A stretch of 64,000 nt of DNA, from NCBI RefSeq assembly GCF_009914755.1, contig NC_060947.1; one strand, written 5' to 3'. The notes under the pieces were generated by a model. The model did no database searches, was not told the origin of the DNA, and was given only the letters and a program-made list of their open reading frames with translations. The position numbers were made by a program, and so were the translations under genes. The DNA comes from the human T2T-CHM13v2.0 reference genome, Homo sapiens. Numbering within the stretch: the stretch's first letter is position 1; each line of letters opens with the position of its first letter. Shown piece after piece: positions 40,754 to 53,173 of this stretch.

Positions 40754-41259
40754 TGCTTGGTTCGTTTTTGATGCATAAGGCTTTGGGGAATTATTTACCT
40801 TTTCCTAGCAAAAGGGTCCCCTGTTATAAGCCAAGTTGAATTCCACCCCCACCCACTCAAAAAGTAGACAAGCATCATGACATGCACCACTACCTGTTAT
40901 TAGTTGGCTGCTCTTCCGTTTTAATTTCTCTTGTTGCTCTTGTGTAGGAGGCTGGATCAAGTTGGGGGATGAGTAAGCTATCATTCCCAGGTGAGAACTG
41001 AATTATTACGGGCACAACTGAGAAGGCCAGCTTTCTGTCTATGACTCCTTCAGTCCAAAGACCTGGAACATCTATTGTCTTTGCTTGGGTTAGAGTGCTG
41101 GGAAGAAAGCTGTTTCCTAACACTCGCTTGCCAAAGTTGATTCAAAGCAACTGTGTTTGATTTGGTTAAAATGCAACTCCGGGTGCTTTAGGCTTTAAGA
41201 AAGGTCAGACCCACTGCTCCACTGAAAGCTTTACATTCCCCAGGGTCCTGTTGACATGG

Positions 41260-41365
41260 CAGGAGTCAGACAGACTGGCTCCAGCACTTACTAGCTGTGT
41301 GACCTTGGGCAAATCACTTAACCTCTCTGAGCCTCAATTTCCTTGTCTGTTAGATGAGAATACCT
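41260..41365 (+). mobile_element. MIR core
   Basis: cttactagctgtgtgaccttgggcaaatcacttaacctctctgagcctcaatttcc. Confidence 0.85.
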
Positions 41366-41507
41366 TACAGAGCATGTGCCTGCCACTCTGTGAGTCCCTT
41401 GTCACTTGTGGATTGTGGAGCCAAGGGCTGCTGCCATCGCTCTGCTCATGCCACTACTGGAATCTTCCCTCCTGGCTGTCTAAGGGCTGCAGCAGCAGGA
41501 TGAGGAA

Positions 41508-41596
41508 TAGGATGACCAACTGTCCTGGTTTTCCCAGGAGTTTCAGCACTACAATCAGGAGGGTCTTGGGCAAACTGAGACCTCGTGGTCATCCTA
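41508..41596. mobile_element. MER94-like (hAT-Blackjack)
   Basis: TIRs taggatgacca / tggtcatccta. Confidence 0.8.
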
Positions 41597-41749
41597 ACAC
41601 TGAAAAGCCAGATCTTTCTACCACGCAGGTCTGCAAGGACTGTATCTGCAAATCTCCTCCCACTGCTTCCTGTGCTAAGGAAGAGCTATAGATGAACGTC
41701 TGTGTCCCTGTTCTCTATCAGTGAAATAAAAGAAAGTTGATAATGATGC

Positions 41750-42150
41750 TATACGTATTTATTTTTATGAATAGGCAAAAACTTTAACCAGTTCCTTGCA
41801 TATCACTAAAAAGGTATTTTACACACGTGAGCAAACATATATACACATATATTCTTTTTTCTTCCTGTAAATCGTAGCATTCTATGTACAATGTTTTGTT
41901 TCTTGCTTTCTACACTTAATATACAATGAACCCTTTTAGATGTTGATACATATTAAGTGGTTTCCTTTCTTTTTACAATTGCATAGCATTCTACTAAATG
42001 AATGTAATGTGATTTATTTAAACAATTCCCTATTGAAAGACAGTGCTTTCAAATCTTATTTTATTACAAATGACACTGCAAAAACTCTGTATATACATGT
42101 CATTTTGCACTGGTCTGAGTACATTGATAAAATAAATATCAAGAGTTGAT
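41750..42150 (-). mobile_element. Old L1 (L1ME-like) 3' region
   Basis: ttgcatagcattctactaaatgaatgtaatgtgatttatttaaacaattccctattga. Confidence 0.65.
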
Positions 42151-44306
42151 GACTTTAAAACTAGTCCGCTGGGACCATAAAGCCTAAACACCTATAAGTT
42201 TTGGGGGAGCCAAAAACATAGAAACAGGAAACCCAGTGAAAGGAACAATGTAAAGGGAAGCTTAGCCTTTAAGCCTGTGTCTTCTCAAATATCTCTGCCC
42301 CTCCCCCCTTCTTCTTTTCTATTACTGGAATTCCTAGGGAGGGTAAGGATCACTAATTGTTTGGGGTATGGGGAGGAGGTGAGCAATCTGAGCCCAGGCT
42401 GACAAAGTTCTGAAAGTGGTAACCTGGCCCTTGGTAATTGACCTGGGACTAGCTGCATCCAGGAAGGAGGAAGAGCTCTGCTGAGCCCGCCCAGAACTAC
42501 TTATAGGTTTGAATGCTGGCTTTGCTGCCTACTAGCTGTGCAGCCTTGAACAAGCCATTTCACTGCGACAAGGGGCCTACTGTTAAGTTGGTAGGATGGA
42601 GATACAAGCTCTGGTCTATGTTAGTTCAAAGTCTGTGTTCATGCCACAAAACTGGCCTTTTAACTTTCTGAGCTAACCGTGACCTTAGTAATGAGTAATC
42701 TTAGATCTCCCTGCCCTGTTAGAGATTATGAAAATAATGCTCCAAGAGGGGCTGTGCTTACTCAAGTCAAATAGCAAATTAGTTGTAGAGCACTGGGCCT
42801 CAGGCCACCGTATTTCAGTTGTGTTGGGACTCCTCACCAACCTCCGTAAGGTGAGTGAAGGTGCCCTATAACTGCAGCCATTGAGATTTCACTGTATTGG
42901 GAATGCCTCTTGGAATATGTGCACAGTTACAGGGCTCTAGGGGAATGGCATGGAATGGCATGTGAGGAAACCAGCAGGAAAATGGCTTGACTCTAAGAGT
43001 AGGATCAAAAGGAAGGGCTGGGTAAGAGCTTTGGGGGTTTGAGGAGAAAAGTGGCTTATGATAAACCTTCCTGCAGAAGGTTGCCTTTGCTCCACAAATC
43101 CAGGGAAGACTCAAAGTTCTGAGTAGGGGAAAGAGGATTGTTTCTGACCATTGGAGAGCCAAAAGCCAAGAAACAGGAAATCCAGTGAAAGGAATAGTAT
43201 AAGTGGAAGCTTCATGGGAGACACCTATGGCTACAGCAGTAGTTGCTGCTTGCCTAGAAAAGAAGCGTTTTGGTCACACAAAGTTCCTCCAAAAAGATAC
43301 CAGGGTAACTTGGACCCTGGTCCTCAACCTAAGCAAGATCACAGAGGTCAGGACATCAGTTAGCTTATCTGGTGCTGCCATCGCATAAAAAGTGACAAAG
43401 CAATGCCTGCTTCCAATTGCCTTCTTTTCCATTCTTTTACCTGACCATAAGCTACCAGAGAAGAAGGTTCTGCTAACATTCCGTGGACGTTTATTCTCTC
43501 AGGGACACTTCCCTCACTGCTTCTAACTAACCCTGGGCTCCCACCACCAAGAAACATGCCCTGTTTATCCTAACCATCTACTATGAGAGCTGTGGCTCCT
43601 GTTGTGACTCTGGCGATGGCCCTCATTAGAAGCAGCAGGAGTAGCAATTTCTTCTCTAAGTTTCTCTTCAACCCTCCTTCTCCAAAGGAAGAGATTTGTT
43701 TCTGGCTGGCAAATGCCTGCTATTTGCCCTTGCTTTACATGCATTATCTTATTTAATGCCCGCAGCCACAGTCCTGTGAGGGAAGTGAAGAAGTTGGGGC
43801 TCAGAGAGGTTAAGTGTCTAGTTCTAAGTCGCAGTGAATAGCAGAGCTGGGGTTTGAACCCTGATCTTTTTTACTTTACTGTCTCTCCCCACCCCACTCT
43901 CATATCAAATAACTACATGATGACGGTTATCATGATCTGACTTGGGTGTGAGATCTAACTTGGGGATCACTTCAGTTCACTTCTTTTTTCCCCCAGGGGC
44001 CACTATTTCACCCAGCAGGAAAAGCCATGGACCAGTGATATCTGCAGATTTCCCACTAGTTTAGCTGAATTTCTTGAAGGGGACCATGTACTGCAAATGA
44101 TTTCACAAGAAGGCAGGGAAAAAAAAAAACAGTCCTTTAGAGAGGTACCTGAAATGTCATAATCCTGAATTTTGCATATATACAACTTTGTAACAATATG
44201 CTGGACCATGCTTGGGAGCTTCTAAATCTGGAGACTTCAGCCCCCAGAGGTATTTAAAAGTGCTTGCAACCTAAAGCCAAAAAGGAAGCTTGTAAATATG
44301 CAAATA

Positions 44307-44639
44307 CAGTTATGCCTCACTTAAAGACAGAGATATATTCTGAGAAACATGTCATTAGGCCATTTCATCATTGTGCTAACAAGAGAGTATGCTTACACAA
44401 ACCTAGATACCTAGATGGTATTGCCTACTACACACCTAGGCTATATGGCATAAACTATTGCTCTTAGGCTACAAACCTGCACAACCTATTACTGTAATGT
44501 AGGCAGTTGTAACACAATGGTATTTGTGTATGTAAACATAGAAAAGGTACAGTAAATATACAATATTATAATCTTATGGGACCACCATAGTATATGAGGT
44601 CCATCATCGACTGAGACATTGTTATGCAGCGCATGCCTG
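44307..44639 (+). mobile_element. Tigger3a (Golem-derived MITE)
   Basis: TIRs cagttatgcctcacttaa / ttatgcagcgcatgcctg, TA duplication, cacacctaggctatatgg. Confidence 0.9.
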
Positions 44640-45142
44640 TATGTAACTTATTTGGCTACAACTCACTCAAACAGCAAAACAGAGAAACTCAATTTTGGTG
44701 ATTTCTGTGCTCTGGTTTTTAAAAGTACCCATTTCTTTCCATTCATGGCTTTAAATGCCTCTTAGAAGTGGGGATGGTGAGCCCACATCACCTAAACACG
44801 TATACTTGGGAAGTACATGTTTACTCCTGAGCTGGGGAAATTGTTTTATTGCCAAACTGGACCCATGCAGACAGACATCTGAAGGCCTGAATAATACTTA
44901 AGAATACATTCACTAAAAAGTCCTCTGGGGAATAAGTGGTTAGATTATAAAGAGGGGATGTGTGGGTTTGGTTTTTACTTTTTCTCAGTTTTATGAAGTG
45001 GCATTACCAAGAATCATGAGGAAGGTAGACAGAAATTGATGCTAGACCAGTTGGTTCTGTTTGCTTCTTGCAGCAGTGGTGGTCTAGGGAAGATGAAATT
45101 CACTAATTCATTAGGAGTTGTGTATGAGTGGTGGGAAAAGGA

Positions 45143-45232
45143 GTGTGTGTGTGTATGTGTGTGTGTGTATGAGAGAGAGAGAGAGAGAGATATTCAGAAA
45201 GAGAGAGAGAGACTCAGAGAGAGAGAGAGAGA
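45143..45232. repeat. Compound (TG)n(GA)n microsatellite
   Basis: direct reading. Confidence 0.93.
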
Positions 45233-46705
45233 ATGCCTCTGTACCACCAGTGGTAGGTGAGAGCAGGAGGAAAGTGTCAGGTAAGGTCACCTCAGGGGTT
45301 GGATTGGCTTGGGAGTAGAATGGGTGATGACAGATTGATGGGAGCCCTCACTCAATTCCTAAAGCTGTGGGTAGCCTTGCTGCCTCTGAGCAGAGGATTG
45401 TCCCTGGCTGAACACAATTGCCTCACATGGAGTCAGGAGATATGGTAGTTTGACAGTCTATCACACTTGGAGGGAAAAGAGAGGGAAGAGAAGTGACTGC
45501 ATGAGACACTAGTCTGTCAAAGAAGAAACTATGTTGTGGGCCTTGGTTCCACAGAAATTACTGGCCAGGTAACAAAGCTGAAAAGCTGTACCAATGTGAA
45601 TGTATTCTTGGTAACAGGAGGCTATCAGGGACAAGCCTCCTGGAGAAATAATAGTGAAATGAAGTGCTAACAGTTGGTGAGTCCTGACTATGTGGGAAGG
45701 ACTATGCTAATCATGTTACATTGGTTATCTCATTTGATTTTAGCAACTCTGAAAGATAGACGCCATGCTAATCTGAGTCTTGGAGAGATGAAGTAGTTTC
45801 CCTAATGCGTTAATAAATGACAGAGCTAAAATCTCTCTTGAGGTTTCACAAGGACATGAATAACTAGTTATCCCTTCAGTGGAAGGAAAAAAGGAAGGTT
45901 TAAACCACTGGTCTTATTGGAAATTATATCCTATTCTAAGTCAATCGACAGAAGAAGGCAGATTTGGCAGGAGTTTGGTGGTATGAATCACAGCTTGTTG
46001 GTTCAGTTTTGTTTTTGTTTTTAATTTTAAATGCTAAAGTAATTAAAGTAATAATTATTTAATTTACACAGCACTTTGTTGGTTATAAAGATATTGAAGA
46101 TTCTCACTTGATTCTGAACACAACCCTGAGGGGTAGGCCAGGTAAGTAATGCTATTGGCCTTTTTTTTTTTCAGGTAATAATACCGTGACTCAAAAAAGT
46201 GACTTGCCCAAGGTCATTAAGTAGTAAACTTGTTCTGGCCTTCTGACTTCCAGTACAAGGCTCTTTTCACTGTTATCGCCACACTTTATATGTTCTGTGT
46301 TGTTTGATATCATTTTGATTAGTAGTCCATATTTCAAAGCCTAGTTTTACCTTTCCTGTTATCCTGCAATAAAACTCTCTGCCATCATCACTGGTAAAGA
46401 AGTATGACATAATCAAGTGTGCCAGTGGCAGGCATTCTCTTGGTTAACGAAAGTAATATGACGCTGGACCCAAAGGGAAATTGTCCTCTGACCTGGATAG
46501 CTCCTAGTAATAAAAAAATTAACGTGGCCATACAATTACGCACAAAAGCATCACACAAGGATCTTACTGAGAAAGACTGAGAGTGCGGCTCTCAGTATTG
46601 CCTCCCCTCCCAGGGAGCAACTTCCCACAGCTTGTTCAGATGTTTTACCCTAGAACCTACTGCTACCTTTTTCACAGTGTTTCACCTCCATTTATTTCCC
46701 TGTTG

Positions 46706-46854
46706 AAACACCATCCAGATCTGCATCCTTTTCCAACTTCTCCCTGCAGGCAAAAACACCATCCAGATCTGCATCCTTTTCCGACTTCTCCCTGCAGGCA
46801 AAAACACCATCCAGATCTGCATCCTTTTCCAACTTCTCCCTGCAGGCAAACACC
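46706..46854. repeat. Minisatellite, 3 x 48 bp
   Basis: unit aaacaccatccagatctgcatccttttcc(a/g)acttctccctgcaggcaa starting at 46706, 46754 and 46802. Confidence 0.98.
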
Positions 46855-47734
46855 TGGTAAAATTACACTCCTCTCTAGCCAGGCTATGTATAAGGGATTA
46901 AGGTTGCTGAATCCTAAATGGCCACTAACTACAGTAATCAAATTCTAACACCTACCAGCCAGGGCTTAGAGCAAGGCTGACTGTTACCATCTGGATTTTG
47001 TGCTGCTCAACTCTTGATAGCATATCCAGAAGGGCTGACCATAAAAGTACAAATGCAATAAGAGAGAAAGAGAGAGGGGTGGGAGGGAAGGAAGAGATCA
47101 GTGGTATTATAACTCAGTCTGATAGGCCTGGAAAGGGAGGAGGAAGAGGAGTAGGAAATAAATAAGAATAGGATGAGCATGTTGCATTGGAGGGCTAGAG
47201 GTGGCAGCAAACACTCATAGACTTGTAGATGACAAGGGATGCTTATTTTCCCATCAATGACACATGGGATTCCCACTGGTCCTGGAAAGATCTCTGAGCC
47301 ACCATTTCATTGACTCTGAGATTGTGCCCTAATCCATATGTGCTGCTCCCTGTTTAAAATTTCTGGGAAGAGGCAGTAGTGGCTACTGGGAAGAGAAGGG
47401 TTATCAGCTGCAATCTGGGGGACAGCCAGTCTTGAATCACACACACACAAAAAAAAAGCAAAACAGTGGGCAAATTTGTCCTGTGGGGGAGAAGAACTGT
47501 CTTTTAATTGGAAACAGGGCCTAAACAATAAAGCTTAATAAAGGGAAGGAGCAAGGGAGATGGCAGGGGAGAGTCCAGTTTGAAGCAAACTCACTAACAG
47601 CAATGTACACACCCAAAATTGAAACACAAATACCATGACACAGCTACCCTCCTCTTGCCCCTTCCACCCCTCCATGCATATAATTAAAAAGCAATGTTCT
47701 AATTAGACTGGCATCTGATATCTACACCTTTTCT

Positions 47735-47935
47735 GAAATATTGTGCTAGGCCCTTTGTATACATTAGTGCTAACAGTCACAACAATATGTGAGGTAGTTA
47801 TTATCATCCTCATATTACAGATAAGACACTGAAGCTCAGAATGTTCAACAGACTTCTCCAAGACCACACACAGTTACAAAGAGGGATGACTTTGAACTCA
47901 AATTTGTCTGATTCCAAAGCCTAGACACATTTCTA
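47735..47935 (-). mobile_element. MIR (similar fragments near 43735, 45670, 46065 and 61460 on minus; 29345, 48705 and 62680 on plus)
   Basis: ttattatcatcctcatattacagataagacactgaagctcaga core. Confidence 0.75.
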
Positions 47936-50900
47936 CTCATTATATCACACACACTGCCACTCTTTCCTGGAAAGTGGGGAGTGGTTTGAGGTGAGAGAGG
48001 GTGAATAGTTTGCAAAACCACGAGACACCTGAATAATACCACTTCACAGAAACATTTGCACACAGGTACAATATGGGCACCAATATGGCACCTGGGAAAG
48101 ACAGTGGACTTAATGGATTCTGAACTTCATGGAGTTTAGCCACCAGCAGTAACCTGCTGTGTGAGCAAATCCTATCACTTCTCCAAGCTGCCATCTCCTT
48201 GCTAGGAACTATGGATAAAGATATGAAAATTTGGCACTTGATTCATCAAGGGAAGCCAAGGCATAACAGAAAAAACAAGCTATTAATATCGCTTAGGTCT
48301 GTTGCCATAAAGTAGCCTCCTACTTAATTTAACACTGCGGGGATAGACCCTGGGCCCAGGAATAGAGATTATTTCAAAACTGAGCAGGCCAGGAAGGCAA
48401 ACCTCAGCATAAAACTCTCTGGGTAAATCACAAATATGTGTCATAGCCAAGTTATATCTGTCAGGCACAGTGCCCAAAGTGCCACAACTTACCCATAATT
48501 AGCACTTGATGGATATTTATAAAGTGAAATTGAATTGGGGAAAACACATCTGGAGAGGACAATGAAAAAGGTATTCTCAAATGTTCCTGGATTCATTTTT
48601 CTATCAATTGGCTCCTAAAGGCCAGTCACTATTGGAAGAAATACACTGAGGATTCTTATATTAATATATCCAAGCACATATATTTATGCAAAACCAATAT
48701 AGTACAGCAAAAAGGAGTGTAGATTTGGACTCAGATAAATCCGAATTTGAAACACAGCTTCATCACTTATTAGGTGTGTGTCCTTGGGCAAGTCATTTAA
48801 CTTAAAAACCTTTGCAATTTTATCTGTAAAAATACACATAATGGCATTCAACTCTCAGTAGGGATCAAGATAATGCATTAAAGTGCCCAGTATAAGGTAG
48901 AAACGCAATACATATTTCTTATTTCTTTCTGTGAATATGGTGGCTATATTTTTGACCCCTAAATTAGAACACAAGTCTTGTCAAGTATAAGTGTATATGT
49001 GGTTGCAACAGGGTAGTGGGGGCTCAATTTGATATTAGTGTTTTGCCCCAAATTTGGAAGCATAATTTACATATAAATAGTCCAAGCCCAGAAGGACTTT
49101 ACTACCAGAGGTTAGGGTACTTTTGATTTGTGTGGATTAGTCCATGCAAGCACAGACTCTTTCCTTCCCATGAGTAACAGATCAAAGATCACTGGGAAAA
49201 GAAACAAAGACTATAAATAGAAAATCAAATTTATGTCTGTGCAAGAATTTGTGCTTACTGTAGACACTCATAGTGCTAGGACTCATGAGGTCCCCAGAGA
49301 AAAAAACAGAACCTATTACATCAGAAGGGCTTCTGATGATAGGTATGAAGACTTAAGGTGTGTTGAAAGAAATGCTCTATTGAAGCCTGGAAGAGAAACC
49401 AGTGTTAGAATAAGGGGATGAGAACAGTTAGTATTAGTGAACCCAAGTGTTTGTATCTCTTTAAATTTAGCACATTGACATTTCGAATCTAATGCTCTCG
49501 AATGTTTATTATTAAAACATCGAGCCAATTTTTGAAGGCCCCAAAAAAGGGCTGAGTTGAAAATATCCTCTTCTGTTGTATTCCATCAGCCACAGTTATG
49601 GGAAACGTAGTTTCAAGAGCTGCTATAATCTGCCATAACTGAGGCATCACCATTCACCTGGTGTCAATGTATTCTAGTCATAGCATAACGTAATTCTGGG
49701 CCAATAACCTAAGAGGAAAGCAATAGCTTTTAGAGTCTAACCTTGCAAACCCCAAATTAGTTACATGACATAAAAGTAAATATCACAAGGCCATTTTTCC
49801 ACGAAACCAACAATGACGAGCAGGGTTTTATCATACCAATGAGTAACATCTATGACTTTACTGGACAGGACCTGGAAGTCTACAATTATATACTACGTAA
49901 CAGCTTCTGCCATGCACTTAGCCTAAAACAAAAATCCAACCCTTTCTTATTCTATTATACTTTGTCATTCATGTGCTTTGGGCTCTCAAGGAAAGTCTAG
50001 ATGTAGAGTTATACAGTGACAAATGGCAAATGCATCTTCTTATTTACTGCATGCCTTTGGGAAGCTAAGAGAATTGGAGTGGGTGTCACAGTAAAAAAAT
50101 CCGTCTCTTTGCTCATGGCTATATGGGATGACTGTATAGTTAACTTGTCCCCTCCAAATGGCTGTTCTTACCTTTCCTAGAAGTTCCTCCTCTTCCATTT
50201 ACCTTTGATGCAGAGGCAGGAAATGCTAATTCTATTTAGTTCTCGATTCTGTCAGGAGCACTTGAAGATTTGCTATACCAACAAATCTTTTGGAAAACCA
50301 AAAGAACTTTTAATGTGGGGAAGTGAGTATAGAGTAGGTGGGCATAGCTTATGCTAATAAACTTTCTCTGCTTATTATAGAGAAATTAGCTATAAGGGAA
50401 CAACCCATTTGCCTTCAATCCTCATGGCTTCCTGGTGAGCAGAACTTCCACTTTAGTGTTCCTAACTTGATGAGCTTTTTGACTTCTCCAGGTCTTTCTC
50501 ACCTAGAGACATGGTGAAACTCTTTTCCAGGCTCATGATTCACTGAACTATTTTTACCCAGGAGTAGCAAGTTACATAATGAGAAATAACAGGGAAACAT
50601 GAACTGAAAACCTCATAAACTTTAAGTAAATATGAAAGGGGACAGTCTCTCTTACCTCAAAATGTATAAAGTGCATACACACACTATCTCCTCATTCAAG
50701 GACTCAGAGGTGCCTTGGAATCCCTGTGGTCAATCGTGGTTTACTAATTGATTCCCATATATGAATGTTCTCCAAATAGCATGTTTGGAGGTAAGAGGAC
50801 ATTCTAACTGATGGCCTGAAACTAAGGTGGGTACACGAATATTTGGATGAGAGAAGATAGTTCTGGAATGAGCGAATAGTAGAATCAAAGAGAGAAGCAG

Positions 50901-52062
50901 TAGTTAAAGGAAAAGCTGTCAGTGAAGGATTTCAGGAAGGCAAAATTCCGTGTATAAAACCTTTTACTGTATGGAAAAAAAGCATCAAGCACACGTTTTC
51001 CATGATGCTTAAAATGTTTTATACATTCTGCCTGATTTGTCCTTTCAACGTCCCACAAAGGTAATTGAGGAAGTAAGTTATCATTTTCATAACTCATTGC
51101 CTCAGTAGATACACTTAGAGAGTGCTTTCTCTTCCCCAAGTTTAAAATGCAGTAAAATGTCATATTTTCTTAATAGCATCTATTTCTAAGAATGTCAAAG
51201 TATGTTACAGACCATATTCATTTTGTATTATTGCCATTTATATGGTTTTTAACAGAATGTGTGTGTAGCTATATATTAGCTTAAGTATAAACCTTTTAAT
51301 ACATTGATATAAATAAATAAAAATGATGTCATCTTATGTCTTCTTCCTGGGCCAAAATGCTTTCAGGGTCTCATTGATACACTTCAACAATGGATCTTGA
51401 GAAATTTCATAGATAATATTCCTTGTCCTCTTGTTGAGTTCTGTGTTCTAATGCAACCTACAGCCCCAAAAGAGGCTTCTTGAATCAGAATGCTCAATTA
51501 ATTTCCTCAAGGTAAATCTCACAAGGCCATTTCTTCACATAACAAACAACCTAGAGCAACTAAGAGCTAAAAAATATGTGAAATGCACATTTTCAAGTCT
51601 CATAACAGGCACCCTGCTTAAGTTGGGTACTTTGCTTGAATCCAAGATATAATGCCATCTATTTTCTGAATGGAATATGAAGTCACTCAGGTTTATGTAA
51701 CTATATTTAAATGAAAGCATAAAACACATTCCAAAAGCCAAATATAAATGTGTTTTGATTAGTCATGCCACAACTGAGAACTGATGATTACAAAATTCTA
51801 AACAAACAAACCTATTAAACTTCTTGATTACAGTTTAACAATGGGGCTGTAAAACCCTGGGCTCAGCTGTGTCAAGGTACCCCCTTGACAAATAAGAAGA
51901 AGAAACAACACTATTTCAGGACACGGTCACCAAAAAACAAAATGTGTGAAGCTGCTCTTTTTGACCTCTCTCCGTCTCAGGATGATGAGACAGATTATGG
52001 GGAGTAGATCTGTGTGGGTTGTGGCCTCAACTCTAAGTGGGACCTTGCAGAGGATTCATGTA

Positions 52063-52672
52063 TGTATTACATTTCTATTGTTGAGTAACAAATTACCACA
52101 AACTTAGTGGCTTAAAAAGTAAACCATTTATTATCTCAGTTTCTGTAGGTTAGAGGCTCAGGCACAGCTTAGCTGAGTCCTCTGCTTCAAGGTGTCACCA
52201 GACTGTGATCTAGTTATCTTCCAGGGCTATGTTCTCATCAAAAGCTTGGCTGTGGAAAGGTATGCTCCCAATCTCCCTTAGGTTGCTGGCAGAATTCAAT
52301 TCCTTATGGTTACAAGATTGAGGTCTCAGTTTTTTGCTGCAGGCCATGCTTAGCTCCTACAGGCCACCCACAGTTCCTTGCTACATGGGCTTCTCCAACA
52401 TGGCCACTTACTTCATGGCTGCTTATTTCTACAAAGCCAGTGAAAGAGAGTCTGACTAGCTCGTCTACTAGCAACACAGAGTTTATATAGATACATATAG
52501 TAACATTATCACAGGAGTAACATCTCATAACTTTTGTCATATTCTGTTGGTTAGAAACAAGTCACAGAAATTCACAGATCCTGCCTACATTCTAGGGGAG
52601 GGTATTATACAAAGGGGTGAACACCAGGAGGCAGGGATCATTTGAGGTCACTTTGGGGCTTGTTTGCCACAA
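52063..52672 (-). mobile_element. Solo MaLR LTR (MLT1E-like)
   Basis: gtaacaaattaccacaaacttagtggcttaaaa...gaacaccaggaggcagggatcatt. Confidence 0.85.
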
Positions 52673-52944
52673 CACACCAACAATTCTACCCTAGGAAACT
52701 TCAAGTCCAGTGGCATAAATCCTCCCATTTCCACTGTGACATCCCTATGCCAGAGAACTAACATCTTTTACAACAGATGCTGTACTTTTAAATATACTGT
52801 ACTATACTTGAGCACAAAATGACACAGATAGAACCAAAATGTATTTTTAATACATAAAACAAAGAAATTATGTCCTACATATAAAGCAAAATATTTAGCA
52901 TCCAAAAAATGTTATTACTGGGGTTTAAAAAAACACTATTGCTA

Positions 52945-53132
52945 TTTTTAAAAATAATTATAGACTCACAGGAAAGAAATGTGCAAAGAAATGCAGAGGG
53001 AGGTTCTGTGCACCCTTCACCTAGCTCCCCCAATGTTAGCATCTTGTATAACTATAGTATGATAGCAAAAGCAAGAGAATGACATTGGTACAATCCATAG
53101 AGCTTATTTAGATTTCACAGTTATACATGCAC

Positions 53133-53173
<41 letters not shown>

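Noticed and set aside
46583-46948. 121-aa ORF with KHHPDLHPFPTSPCRQ repeats, or a CRISPR-like array
   Set aside because: It results from a 48-bp tandem triplication with no spacers, in a mammalian intron.
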